Origin: Paramecium tetraurelia
Lineage: Eukaryota
Reading direction: 5' to 3'
DNA length: 64,000 bases
Assembly (NCBI GenBank): GCA_000165425.1
Contig: CT868252.1
Location: forward strand, 372,001 to 436,000
In this document: piece by piece, positions 13,447 through 27,219 of the stretch
How positions within the stretch are numbered: position 1 is the first letter of the stretch
How the letters are laid out: every line of letters starts with the position of its first letter
Notes under the pieces: model-generated
What the model saw: only the letters and a program-made list of their open reading frames with translations
Told to the model about the DNA's origin: nothing
Databases searched by the model: none
Position numbers and translations under genes: made by a program

Positions 13447-14251
13447 ATGTAATATCAATCTGTTCCCCAAACTGAATATCATGATCAAAAAGCTTCAGTC
13501 GATTCATCCTTGCTCGGAGATGCTTAAAAGAATTTCGCCAAAAAGGTCTTCTCTATTGTCGGCTTTTAACTTCTGGCCACTTCAGCAGTAGCATACTCTG
13601 CTATGAATTATAATTTTATTGCTGAATTATGTGAATACCTCTATATACCAGCTATTATTGGGTCAATCGTTACAGGATTGTGGATTTACTTAAGCCCATG
13701 TAAATTTAAATTTTTATTTATTTCTATCAAGCCTCAGCAAGAAGATTTCCAAAGAATTATATTTTACTCAGTGTCTTTACCCTCAGTGAAGCCATCGCAT
13801 TAGCCATTACATGTTCTGCAATTGGTGATCCTGAAATCATTTTCCAAGCATTCATAATAACAACCGGTATCGTTATTTCTTTGGCCACGTATGCTATGAC
13901 AACTAAAAATGATCTCTCATATCACGGAGCTGCTAGTAAATATATTCGATTACAAATTTTAGTTTTCCTACTCTCATTCGGTTGTTTGATGGCTGGTCTC
14001 ACCTATTTTATCTTCAGAAGCTCTTTTGCATATTAAATTTATTTGATTGGAGGTGCTATAAGTTTAGGATTCTATTTGGTATTAATTCATAATTAACTTA
14101 GGTATACGATATCTAATTGATCATCGGAGACAAATAATTAAGATTAACTGTTGATGATTACGTTTTGGGATCCATTATGATTTACACAGATATAATCAAA
14201 ATTTTTATCAGAGTTGTCAAAATATTAATGAAAGAGAAGAAAGAGAAATGA
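13447..14251 (+). CDS. Bax inhibitor-1/Lifeguard (TMBIM) family membrane protein
   Basis: NFAKKVFSIVGFQLLAT...YLVYDIQLII...TVDDYVLGSIMIYTDIIKIF; three introns. Confidence 0.9.
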
Positions 14252-14652
14252 GCTTTATTCAATCTTCATTAAATTCAATTGCAATATTATTATTGTAATC
14301 TCATTTCCATAGCCCATTATTATGTATCTCCCATTATCTATATTCATTATATGTTTAAATAGAAATCCTAGTTATTCATTCTATATTTAAATCTTTCTTC
14401 TATAATACAATTTCGATCAACACAAGACAATTAACAAATATAAGACTGAAGATGAGAAATCTATCACAACAAAATTAACTAATTAGATCTCAAATATAAA
14501 TTCTATAATTTTCTTAATTAAGTTAGAATGAGAACTTTAAACTTATAAATAATGATAGATTTCGGAAAAGAGTTAGAATTCAGTTGATAAGAATTCTAAA
14601 TTAAATAGTTTTAATTATTATAAATTTTATTTCTTTACCCTCAACTTAATAA

Positions 14653-16034
14653 TCATTTAAGATGAATAAACATAGATGTTGGATTTTCTAAATATGTTTT
14701 CCAAACATTATTAAATCTTGCTACAGTTGCTCCATCAATAACCCTATGATCGCAACCGAAACTTAGGTTCATCTAAAATAAATCTTGAATCATTACAATT
14801 TTCCTTGGAACAACATTCATCTTAGCATCATATCTTGGCACAGTCATCAATCTACCAATCCCAACTATACACACTTATGGGGCGAGAATAAGAGGACCAG
14901 TATAAGTACCACCAATAGTACCGATATTGCTCAAACAAATTGTGCCTCCAGATAATTCATTAAAACTCAACTGTCCCTTTTCTCCTAAAATTCTTAGTCT
15001 ATACTCCATTAAGAATTCAAAGTTACCTATTCAATTCATCTTGTATTTAACTAATCGACAGATTCTATACATTTTTGATATTAGGCACCACTAAACCTTT
15101 AGGAGAGTCCAAAGCCACAGACACATTATGAGATGAATGTTATGTATATTCGAATTATTTTGTTGGATCATATGTTGAATTCAATATAGGATATTTGGTT
15201 AATGCCAAAGAAAAGGATTTAATGAGTAGTGTCATGAATGTGATATTCTTTTCTTTTTTCAATTATTCTCTCATTTATGCTAATTCTGTGAGATCAACCT
15301 CTTCCTTTAAGTATAAGTGAGGAATAGAGTTGGCTTCAGTCATTGACTTTTGCATTCCCTTTTGAAAATCTGACATTTTGATGACAGTGGAAGCGGATTC
15401 GCTTTTAATGTTGATTTTAGTGGATGATTATGGTTGTTCTTTTGGTGATTATGTTTACTTTTCAAGATCTGTCTTTAAAATTCTTCCATCTTAACCACTG
15501 CCTTAAATCTTGTTCAAATCTATTCCTTTTTATTTTGCCAAATGACGGACAGCTGGTGTTGCTAATTTATGATTCTACAGATAATTAATCTAAATGTACT
15601 GAAGCATTGTTGTTAGTTTATATGGTTTAATGTACTTCTTATTATTTTGTGACTTCTTATTTCACTTAATGATGTTGAGTCTATGGTGTTGCTGATTCTT
15701 GATTATCAGATTCAATCTCTATTTCTAAGAAATCTCCACCCACTAAACATGTTTCATCCTCTTAGTGGAACAACTTATGAATCTTCCCTGTGTAATTACT
15801 TGGAATTTGAGTGAACATCTTATCTGTTGAAACATCCGCAACAGGATCGAACTATTATCAAAAAAATGACGTACTTCATTCACATGATCTCCTATCTTAA
15901 CATGCCATTTTTTAATAGTGGCTTCCTTGATCTCTAAAATCATGATAACATTTACTTTCCCCTAAATCAGGCAACTTGAAGATCTTCACTGCACCAAAGT
16001 AATATCTACTCAAAAATCGTGAATATATATTCAT
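14653..16034 (-). CDS. DBT: Branched-chain 2-oxoacid dehydrogenase E2 (dihydrolipoamide acyltransferase)
   Basis: Lipoyl domain FKLPDLGE...VSTDK, E3-binding ATPAVRHLA, catalytic [13 protein letters not shown]. Confidence 0.9.
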
Positions 16035-16492
16035 TATTTTAATAATTAATTATTCTTAACATGATACTCATTATAAGTTAGTTTTACAAATTCTCTTGTG
16101 ACCTTCCCTTAGATGCAAATGTATGTCTTACTTTTATAATTAAAATTTCATCATTTAGAGGTGGGCACTTTCATAATATTTTTATTGCCATACTTTTCAA
16201 TATATTTTTTTGACAGTATAACATCAAAGAGAATCAAATTCTTTATTATACCAAAAATTCACAATATTTAAACTATACATATAAATGGTTATTTTATAGC
16301 ATTGCATTTTTAAATTCATACTTAACTTTAAGTTTAAATCTGCATTATATGATGCAAATACTTCTCTGACTGATGCATAAAGTCACTTTTTAAATATTTT
16401 TATTTGGTCTTATAAGTTTATTAATAAAATTTCATTAAAAAATTAACATTTAGTAATTTGCATTACATAAATAATAATAAATTTGAATTCAA

Positions 16493-16958
16493 ATGCTTGA
16501 TAATTGGTATGTATTTTCCAACCATTTTTTAGTGACTCCATTAGAAAGGGACTTCTCTACACTCCAACTATGGGAGAATAAGTTGATGAGGATATCGCAG
16601 CTTCATTTGAACAAAAAAGAGGAATCAATTATTAACATGAATATATGAGACTATATATTGCTAATGTTGTCCTGACTCAATAACTAAAAGAATTGTTATA
16701 AGAAAAAGGGGATTTAGTATCCAAGATCAATAGACTTGAAGTATTTTCATCCTAAAATATTAGGAAGCAGAAATATGCAAAACAAATTATAGAAAACTAG
16801 ATTTTGAGGAACCCAAAAAATCTGAGGGACCCTCAAAAAAATAAATGGGTACTTTATTAATAATTATCATTAGTTCAGAAGGTTCAACTAAATACAATGA
16901 TGAAAATGCAGTACCAAATCATTAGTATCAAACTAGAAAATTAATTAAGAAGAATTGA
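16493..16958 (+). CDS. Small coiled-coil protein of a ciliate-specific family
   Basis: Four-exon ORF with canonical tiny introns; EYMRLYIANVVLTQQLKELLQEKGDLVSKINRLE...GSEGS. Confidence 0.65.
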
Positions 16959-17230
16959 GTTATTTAAATTGATATTATTATTCAATTCTGCAAAGAATTC
17001 TTCTCTGGATTAAATAATTAAATATATATATTATTTTTTATTTAATTCTAATTCTATTGAAAAAATCATGCAATATTAATTATTTTTATGATATATCTTT
17101 ATTTATTTTCAATAAGCAGATGTATAATTTAAGCTATATTAATTTTCATAAAAAAATAGATAATTATTTATATTAAAAATAAAAGTAAATTAGATTATAC
17201 AAAATATATTATTATGATATATCGAATAAA

Positions 17231-18841
17231 TCAAGAAAAGGGATTAGTTTTCTAATTATCCTGCCATTATAAATTATAAGTGTATGGATTATCCTAAACA
17301 GCCCTTTTAGAAAGATCATTATCAAAATCACAAAATGGATTTTATGATCCAGGTGGCTGCATTCTATTTAATGGAGTATCAAACTATTAGATTGGCTATG
17401 GTTATTATAAACTCACTCGTTGATTTATATATTGTTAACTAGTAAAAGGATTATTATTGCCAAAGTTAGTGGGGCTTACTATTGTACTTTAAGAATAAAA
17501 TTGTTGTTATGACCTATTTTGAATTTGACTTTATCTCATATCAGTCATCATCTAAAACCCAACATCATCAAAGGATTACTAGAAATTTTGCTAGTTAGTA
17601 AAATTATTGCCCATAGATTATCTTTGAGTTGGAGTCATTGGAGCCCCAAATTATTATTATTAATTCACAAAATTACTTGAAAAGTTATTCATCTATGTAT
17701 TAGTTTATTATGGAAGCATTTAACTATTTTAATATCCATTGGGGTTAATAACTTAACTTTGGCCGAAAGGATTAAATTTGTTATTTATGTCCCATTAAGT
17801 ATTTTACTAAAGAGGCGCAAATTATGACTATATTTAATTCCCTTTTTCCTTTTCTTTTTCTTTTTCCTTCTCTTTTTCTTTCTCTTTCTCTTTTTCTTAT
17901 TCCTTTTCTCTTAGTTCCTTTAACTCTTTTTCTTTTTATTATTCTCTTTCTAATAATGTTGCCATCTCTTTTTATTCTTTCAATAAATCAATAATAGGTT
18001 CTTGTTCAGGATACTTAAATTTATTAAAAGCCTTTAGATTCTTTTTCAAAATAGATTTCGCATTCATATACAAATCATAATTAATATTAACAAACTAAAT
18101 AATTAATATTATTATATACTGTGTCTAGACTTGAATTTATGATTTTGAAATAACTTCCCAGTAGTTTGTTCATATTATTTAATATCTCTGAAAGTCTTTA
18201 TTTATAGTTGGTCTCCGAACTGGAAAGCTTACTTTGATTCTAATAGTATTATCTAATTCAATACTCTTCTAATTTTATCAGATAATTTGAAATCTTCAGG
18301 TTGGCCTTTCTGCAAAGCATTCGATTTATTTTTTTCTAATTCTTCTACTTTCATTTTGTAATGATCATAAATTAAACGAGTCTCTTAGAAATTGGCTAAT
18401 TGTACTTTCAGAGTTTCAATCATTTGAAACCAATCCAAGAAATTTTTATTTATTTCTTAAACTGGTTCATTCTAATTTTATTGGTTTAGATACTTTTGAT
18501 CTAAATAATTCTGATAAATTTCCAAACATAGATGCTACTTCGATGCCAATTCTTTTGTTTGTGTCTGTTTCTCTTTCAAAAAGCTTAGATGATATAGCAC
18601 TGATCCTTCCCATATGTCCATGCATTTCTATGAGATTTTTATAAATATCTACATTAGAACAAGGCACTAACATTACTAAAGGATTAATTTAATCCTTTAA
18701 TATATTAATCTATTTCATTTATCTTTTGTTTCTTTGCTTCCAATGCTGGGTCTACTGTCACTTTGGCTCCCCACCATTCTTTAATCTATAAATTAATTTA
18801 AATTTAACTTTTTAGCCTGTTCTTGAAGCAAAACTTGACAT
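17231..18841 (-). CDS. BAR-domain-like protein with charged coiled coil and NPF-rich tail
   Basis: N-terminus SRTGQKIKEWWGAKVTVDPALE, RLIYDHYKMKVEEL; E/K/R repeat 17840-17950; four NPF motifs. Confidence 0.7.
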
Positions 18842-19387
18842 TAATAATTTGAATAAATTTATAATTCAATAAAGTTAGAAAATAAATATTTTGGGACGAA
18901 TAATTTAACAGATTAAGATTGAAGATACATTAGTTCATTAATCTACATTTCTTGTAATTTAAGTAGCGTTTAACTCATTTATTGTGCATAATTCAAAAAT
19001 TTATTACTGTTAATTGTTATTTATTTATAATACTCTAATTATTTTTGATAAATTGGTAATGCTGTCTAACCAACCTTAAAAATCTATTTCTAATTTATAA
19101 CCCATTAACTAAATATCGAATCTTAAGTTTGTTAATAAGGATTTGACAGAGAGAGCCATGCGAAAATTTGAAAGACTAAATATGCAAAAATAGTGTCATC
19201 TCTGTTATAAGAATATATTATTAAGAATTGATAGTAAATTGGCTAATGTTCGCAGTCTTTTTAGTGAAAAGAAAAGATTTAATTTTTAAATTTAGTAATT
19301 CTAATTATCTTAGATTAGAGAATAGAAACTGTTAAAGCCCTTATGTTCTGAGATTTAAGTAGTTTGTTGTATTATTTTAACTCATTT

Positions 19388-20014
19388 TCATTCTTTTTTG
19401 ACTTTTTTATTAAGCAATTAAGCCAACGGATTTATTTGTAAACTGTTATGGTGGATCTATTTAACTTACTCACCTAAATGCTTTTTATGTTATGGCCAGA
19501 AACCATATTTAATTATGAATTCTTTCTTTTGGTTTTCATATTCCTAGACATATTTTATAGTAATTAACTTGTCTCAACTTTTTATATTCATCGGCAGCTT
19601 TCTCTTTTAAGGCCGAATTTGAACCCCATTCGAATTTAATAGTGCTATCTATCTAAGTTCCACTGTACTCTGGATGGGTCATCTCAAGATCCTACCTCAA
19701 TTGTTTTTGGAAGCTTGGGGACATTATAAATTATTAAACATTATCATAATTGGAGGAGGAGGTTAGGGCACAGGGACTCTTTCAGTATCGCTTAAGTTCA
19801 CAAAACCATTTTTTTAAAAGTACTTTTGCTTATTCATTTTCTCTTTAACCTTCCATTTTGAGCTGATCAATTTAGTAAGTTCCTCTGTTGTTCGTTTAGG
19901 GTATTATTATTAAAGAAGAATGAATTGTTCATCATAAAATTTACGATATGCAGAACTTTACTTGATTGGTTTGGGTTAATCGAGTTGCAATTATTTGAGT
20001 CTCTATTTTTACAT
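19388..20014 (-). CDS. Tandem HMG-box protein
   Basis: SSAYRKFYDEQ...YPKRTTEELTKLISSKWK and PPPPIMIIFQKQLR...HPEY...IKFEW...EYENQKKEF; two introns. Confidence 0.7.
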
Positions 20015-20279
20015 TTTTAAATAAAATACTAAAATTAAACAACTATTTAATTTGTTCTGAAAATAAAGATTACTAGGTACATATTTATAAGACAGTGAAA
20101 TGAAAGGGCAGTGTTAACAATGAGAAGATTTTCACAAATAAAATGATTAAATAAACAATGTAAAAGGGAATTCAAAAATAAAGATATGCACTCGAATTGT
20201 TGCCATCTTCTTGAGAATGAATAATAATTAGGTAGCAGTGTCATTATTATTTATTATTTATTTAATTAAATTTATCTAT

Positions 20280-22003
20280 ATGAGTGAATCAAGTAAATAA
20301 GATAATAATACATTTAGACTCCACTCTCTTTTATGCTGGAATTACATTGGCATCTGGATTGATCACAGATTTTCTTATAAATCGATTAAATAAGAAGGAG
20401 GTAATAGAAGATCCAAAACCTCTAAGAAGCCTAACACTCAGAAAAAGATCATTTAGTAATATTAGATATTAATATAGTCAACTCAAAACAGGCCCCAGTT
20501 CCAGAATCACTCTTAAACTCTGAGAATCCATTGCTTGATGAAATCAAATTCTTAAACAGTGCAACTTGTGATATCGAGAGAGTCAATCATCTTTCACTTG
20601 GATTAGATGATGAATTTCCAAATATTAAATCACCATTATTGGGAGAAGGCAATTTGAGATCAGTCTTTGGAGGAGGTGGATTTTTACCAGATGACGCCTT
20701 TGTATATTGTGGATCTTATGTAATTAACACAGCTGTATTTGGTCCTGGTAAAAGAATTGAGCAGACAAAGAAATGGTTGAGGGCAGGACCACGTAAATCA
20801 TTATTTTTCGATCCAAAAACAGTGAAAGTATAAATAGTCTAATGCCTAGGCTGCAATAGTGACATGTGGAGGATTATGTCCAGGATTGAATGTGGTAATT
20901 AGAGAATTATTTATGTCCTTACATTACAACTATGGAGTTTAAGATATCTATGGAATAAAGTATGGATACAAAGGATTTTATTCTTATGATTGGATTAAAT
21001 TTGATGCAAACTATGTTAAAAACATTCATAATTTGGGAGGAACTATTTTAGGTTCATCAAGAGGTGGATTTGATTTAAACAAGATTGTAGAGGCTATTGT
21101 TAATCATGGAATTAATCAAGTGTTCTGTTTAGGAGGAGATGGTACTCATGGAGGAGTGTTGGAATTGTTTAAGGAATTAAGAAAGAGAAAGCTTAAGATA
21201 TCAATTGTGGGTATTCCTAAAACTATAGATAATGACATTGCTATAATAGATGAATCTTTTGGTTTTGAGACAGCTGTTGAAGTAAATATTATAAATACAT
21301 AACAAGGAAGCAATAAATGCAATTAGATCAGCATATGTTGAAGCCAATTGTGCAGAAAATGGTGTTGGATTGGTCAGACTAATGGGTAGAAATGCTGGAT
21401 TCATTGCTATGTCTGCTTGCAACAAATGCTTCTAGAGATGCTCATGTTTGTTTGATCCCAGAATTCAGATTTGAATTGTATGGAGAGAGAGGTCTTTTGG
21501 AGTACTGTTACTAGAGACTCAAGAAGAAGGGCACTTTGGTTCTTGTCATTGCTGAAGGAGCAGGAGATGCTATGTTGGATTATAAAGTTAATGTGGTTGA
21601 GACTGATGCATCAGGTAACAAAAAATCTTAGGATGTTGGTGTAATTGTGAAAGATGAACTTACTAAATATTGCAAAAACAAAGCAATGAGTATCACTCTT
21701 AAGCATATCGATCCTACTTACATGATCAGAACAGTCCCTGCTAATCCTCATGATAAGATTATGTGCACTTAATTGGCTCAAAACGCTGTTCATGGTGCTA
21801 TGGCTGGTTTTTCAGGGTTCACTGTTGGTCATGTCAATAACAGATTAGCTTACATTCCCATTGAAGAGTTACTCTCAGGAAAATATTCCAATAGAGTTGT
21901 TGCTGACAGCAGAGAGTGGTAGAGACTGTTAGCCAGTACTGGTTAGCCATCATTCTTGAATAATGAGGAATAGATGATCTAATAAAAATAATAATAAATT
22001 TGA
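20280..22003 (+). CDS. PFK: ATP-dependent 6-phosphofructokinase (plant/kinetoplastid-like group X)
   Basis: [56 protein letters not shown]; frameshift near 21418. Confidence 0.93.
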
Positions 22004-22052
22004 GAATATTAATAAAGCATATCTATTAAAAACACAATTTATAACATTCTTT

Positions 22053-23025
22053 ATGAATAATATTCGCGAATCAAATGAACTATAATTTATTAAGAGAAAA
22101 TCACCCTATCTATTACAGGAAGCACCGCAAAAACTCGTCAAAATATCAACCATGTCTTAAATTTAATTTAAAGAATTTCTTGAATCTTTATCACTCAACT
22201 TTACCCAATTAACTCAGAATCTACAACAAATGCTCACTCTATATAATGTTCAAATATTTCTTGAAAATGAAAACGATTAACTCCTTACAAACTCTGATGA
22301 TGACTCATTTACTAAATCTTAATAAAGACTGGTTGATTAAAACTATCTGTAAACTTGGAGTCAATCATCAATTTCTGGCCTGAAATTTCACAAGTCTTAA
22401 ACAAACCTCTCAAAGAGGTCAAAGCCTATTGGATTAGTCTGCAAGATAACTGGACCAACGAATAAGACAACAGGGTTGATTTAATTTCGAAATTAATAGC
22501 TAAATTGGCTAGAAATAGCTTTGAGGCTTGACAAGAACAAAACAAAATTGTAAACACAGATGGAACAACATAATAGACCCTAGTTTATCAAAAGCCCCAT
22601 TCACTATTTAGGATGACATCTTACTACTCTAAAAAGCTATTTAATTAAACTTCGATTGGAAGAAAATATAAAAGATTATATAACCAAAAAGAAGTCAAGC
22701 AGATCTTATTTCAAGATTTATCAAATTATAATCTGAATATAACAATATCGACAATCTTATCTAAAGAGTTCAATTTGCAATTGCTCAATTACCTAAATAT
22801 GATAAAAATTCTATGCGGATTCTGCCCCAATAATCCAGTATCATTGAAAAGTCGATGGTAGAATATGAAACACTTTCCATCCTAGATCTTAATTTATTTG
22901 ATGCTATGTCGCTACAATTCTGTCTTGTTAAGCACAATTAGATATATTTTGTTACTCTTGAATACATGCAATAGTTGGTTAATTTGAAGTTAAATTAAAG
23001 AAAACTATTGCAATTTATAAAATGA
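22053..23025 (+). CDS. Myb/SANT-repeat protein, frameshifted four times as assembled (errors or pseudogene)
   Basis: Stitched: WTNEQD...NWLEIALRL-TRTKQNCKHRWNNIIDPSLSKAPFTIQDD...DWKKI. Confidence 0.7.
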
Positions 23026-23547
23026 TGATTATTACATAAAATTAATAAATAACAACATTATTAATACTCATATCCAAAGGACACTCTTGAGTTCATATTC
23101 CTTAATTGTATATCTAGGCTAATCGCTATTTAATTCTAAAACCTATAATTTGAACTTGTAAATCTTCTCAATTAAACCAATAAGAATAGATTAGTTCTTG
23201 GGTTAAAAAACTTTCTATAATATATGAAGGTTTTATCATTAATTTTTTATAAAGAAATGAAAATAGCTTCAATTTTGATCAAATAAATATTATTATTAAT
23301 TATATTTATTTTGATATTTCTTATAATTATTTTCATTTAATTCATTTTATTAATAATTCTTAAGCTGGAAAGTAATGATTCAGGTTCCAGCTTTATTTCA
23401 AATTTGTGCTCTATTTAGTATTTATATTAATCTCAATCTTTAAGTAAATTAATTACAGTTTAAAATACATTTAGTATATTATTTTGTAAAAATACTTTTA
23501 GTATATTTTAGTGATTAAAGATGTTATAAAAATATAAAAATTATTCA

Positions 23548-26263
23548 TCATAGTTAGATACAGTGAGTATCCTAAACTTTAAAAAACAAGTTGGGCATTC
23601 CTGTGACCTCATTAAAATCTTCATTTATCATTCCTAAAACATGTTATTTACTATTAAATACCAAAAATAAAAGGAGGTTTCATTATATAGCCTTAGGCAT
23701 TTTAGATGTCAACCATCTTTGGTCTATAAGCAGTACTAAACCTCCCTAATCCAATTACATTTTCTGAAAACTTAACCTTACTATTAACAATGAATTAGGG
23801 AATATAAAGATTTTAATCAATTGGCACCTAAGCTCCACATTAATTAAGAATGGACTAAATCTTTTGCAATGAGATTTCATCATTATCTATAACATATTTC
23901 ATAAATTTACATTCAAACACAAAAATGCTTGTACTGCTTTAATCAGTCGATATTAAATAAACCTTTATGCTTCCTGAATCAGACATGAAAACCTTTGCAT
24001 TATCAGCATTTTAAGCAACATGAAATCCATTATAGATATGCCTTTGATGCTGAGCTAATTTACACTTTGCCCATCTATAACATTCTTTACAAAAACTGCT
24101 AATCACTTTATTTGATGAAAGAGAAACTTCAGAAATGAACGGATTAAGTTAATCGAAACCTTCAAAATATTGTTTAGTGTATGCATGAAACTCATCACTA
24201 GTTTGTTCTTGTAATTTAATTCCCTTAAATCCAAATTCCTAATGTAAGAATATTATAATACTGAGCTTATAAGATTTTCTTTGTGCTAATGAATGATTTC
24301 ATCATCTAAATCTACTTTAGTATTCAGAGTTGTCAGACAGTACAATGAAGTAAATGCATCAGTGCTTAATATTGTATTATTATCGCAAGTAAGGTAAAGA
24401 TGTTATAAAAATATGGGATCAAACTATTTCGGCTGATCTAAATCAGAAGGTCTTCTAATGGCTAAAATAGCTTAATATTTTACCCATTACTGTGAATCTT
24501 GTTTCAGAATTAACACTTTGTACCACTTTCCACTTGAATCCTAATTCTTTCAATTTAGTTGTAATTTCCTTATTGGCTTAGAATGAATCATTCTGATTGT
24601 AATGGTACAAAGACATTCTAATCTCTAAGCAAGGGTCGATTTCCCAAATGAATTGTAGAATAACTTTAAGTAATTTTTGAAATTACAATGGATCTGCTGT
24701 CGAAAAGTGACTTAATATCAATTTTCTCTCTTAAAGTGACTAATCTAAATAGCACTATCCCAAAGCCAACATCTAATCCTTAAAATATATTCCTAAACAA
24801 AAACTATCATCTTATTAATCATATTGATTTTGCATTAATTAAATTTCTCCTCTCCATGATTTTTTGAAATCTTCATTGATGTTATTTAAATGATCAATAA
24901 CATTTTGATCACTTAGTTGACACTTCTTTACTTTAAATGTGTCATCATCTTCTGTAAATAAATTTTGTTGTTCAACTGTAGGACCAGCCGCATGAATTGA
25001 AGAAGATTGCTTTTAATCAGATTGAGGAGGACTCTATTATGCTTATTACTTATGATTAGAATCATGTGGTGTAACTTTGACTGAGTTTTATTTCTAAGGA
25101 GTGGCACTTCCTTATTTATTTATTTATCTTAATGGGATATTTTTAGGTACTGAATTTTGTTGCTGATTACTGATTTCATTTTGATCGTGATGCTTATATA
25201 TGATTCGCTATATTACTACATCAATTTACTTTTTGATTTTAACTTTGTTCTTATCTCTTAGGAGGTCTTATGCGTCCTGGTTGAATTGCTTTTTCTGGAC
25301 TCATTTGAATTTTGTCCTTTGAGTTTGCTTGATTGTGAATAGATCTATCATCTTTGCAAATTGAGTTAACTTCGTCTTGTATCATAATTTCACAATTTTT
25401 AATTCTTTTCAAGAGAGGCTTAGAAATGAACTAGACAATCTTGTTGGGATCTTCAGCTGATTTGGTTATAGCAACAAAGAAAGGATCTGGTTTGATTGAA
25501 AATTGATAATAGTTTGATAGAATTGAATTGGTTATGTATTGAATGTCCTTTCTCATCTAGAAATGAATGTAATGTAATTCTTACCTTGATCAAATAGTTT
25601 TCTCTTAGGTATAGATAGGGAAGTGAAATGCTCTCATGTGAATGGATGTTAACCAGGAATTTCATTAGGTATTGTCTCCAACCAAGGATTTGTTCTACTA
25701 CGTTGATTGAGAGGATCCTGAGATGTGTTATTAATTCTGCACTCTTTTGAAGGAGTTGCTCATCTCCAGGGTTGTCTTAAATTTAGTGGATGTGATTAAT
25801 CAAGAAGGCTAAGCACTTTTCCCTGGCTTCGACAGCTTGCATACATAGCTTATTTATTGAGTGTGCAATACTTAGATATGAGATTTCTTTTGCTACATTT
25901 CTTCTATTTCAAATTGAATTGCTTAATTATTTTTTGGTAGTGTTTGCAGACACATCAAAAACAACTATCTAAATAACATGTCAATTGATTTTACCTATGA
26001 AACTCTGGGATATTGTAATAATCTTGAATTTCAATTAACTTTGATGTGTTGTGGATCTACTTTGGCTTCTATTTTTCCACGGATTCATTTTTATTTTAAT
26101 TTTAAACATAAAATCTATTATTCCAATTTTCTTCCTAAGTGGATCATCAAATAGTGAATACTTTCTTCTTTAACTAATTCATAACAATTAGATGTCGAGA
26201 TTTCGTATTGACTACTTGTTCTTGTTTGGATTTGCGCTGTTCCAAAAATTATTGTTCAAACAT
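23548..26263 (-). CDS. Hypothetical protein with helical N-domain, low-complexity linker, GNAT-like and serpin-like segments
   Basis: Multi-exon code-6 ORF with GT-AG introns that restore the frame. Confidence 0.75.
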
Positions 26264-26477
26264 AAAATATATATATAATAATTATATATTAATATTTTAT
26301 AACTGTTTAATTAATTGCTCTTATCGTGCTCTCCAGTTGGGGGGGATGTTTCAACACTCTAATAGTTGAGATCGAAAATTATCCTTTATTTTAATATCAT
26401 TATAATTATTTCTTATAGCCATTTAAAATGATTTATGAACTAAGATTTTGTGCGTATAATTAATTTAAATAATTAAA

Positions 26478-27002
26478 ATGAAGGCAATGTGTCCATTACT
26501 CAGACGAGATAGCTTTAGTGAGGAGGAGCAGCTATAATAACACAGTGAGTGTGATTAAGTTGAATTTTAGCTAACCAATAACTGGTGTTAAGCTGAGGCT
26601 GACACCGACCCCAATATTATAGATTAAAAAAGCCCCTCAATTAAAAAGAAAAGACAAGGCCGATACAAGAATGTTCCCTACACCTTTGGTCGACACTTCA
26701 GAAATTGGATTGTGGCTGAGGTCGAATCCATTCGCTGTCCAGTTGTTTAAAAATTCATTTCAAAACGTAAGACTAATCCTAGGTATCATGACAGTTTTAA
26801 GGACTTTAATGAACTATTCCAACACTCAGGTATTGGTAGATAACTAGGTTAAATCTTTTTTGGACAAAAGAAATGGGTATAATACTTACTGGGCAATGAA
26901 AGAGTAGATGGATTCTAAATATATTTTGAAGTTGAAAGATCATACTACGAAGCCGCCATTAAGGGAACTAAAATCACTGAACAAAAGGTGAGAAATCTTT
27001 GA
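26478..27002 (+). CDS. Hypothetical ciliate protein (174 aa)
   Basis: Intronless ORF with basic KKKRQGRYKNVPYTFGRHF segment. Confidence 0.75.
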
Positions 27003-27219
27003 TAAACTTTTATTATTAATTTTTTGGTTGTACATTCTTTAATGTATTATATAATTTAATAATCCTATATCTTATATCTTTAATCAGATTAAGTGATTAA
27101 ATCAATCATAATTTTATTATATAAAAATATCAATCTCAAATTCGCAGCATATCTAAAGATTTAGATGAGAATTTAGAATGTAAAAAAAATAAGTAAATAT
27201 ATTATTGGGTTAAGTAAAA

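Noticed and set aside
17840..17950. Pyrimidine-rich TTTTC/CT repeat
   Set aside because: It is the coding strand complement of an E/K/R coiled coil, not a repeat element
18850..19385. Long TGA-free minus-strand frame between the HMG and BAR genes
   Set aside because: With a single stop codon such frames arise by chance; no motif, and the ATG abuts the upstream stop
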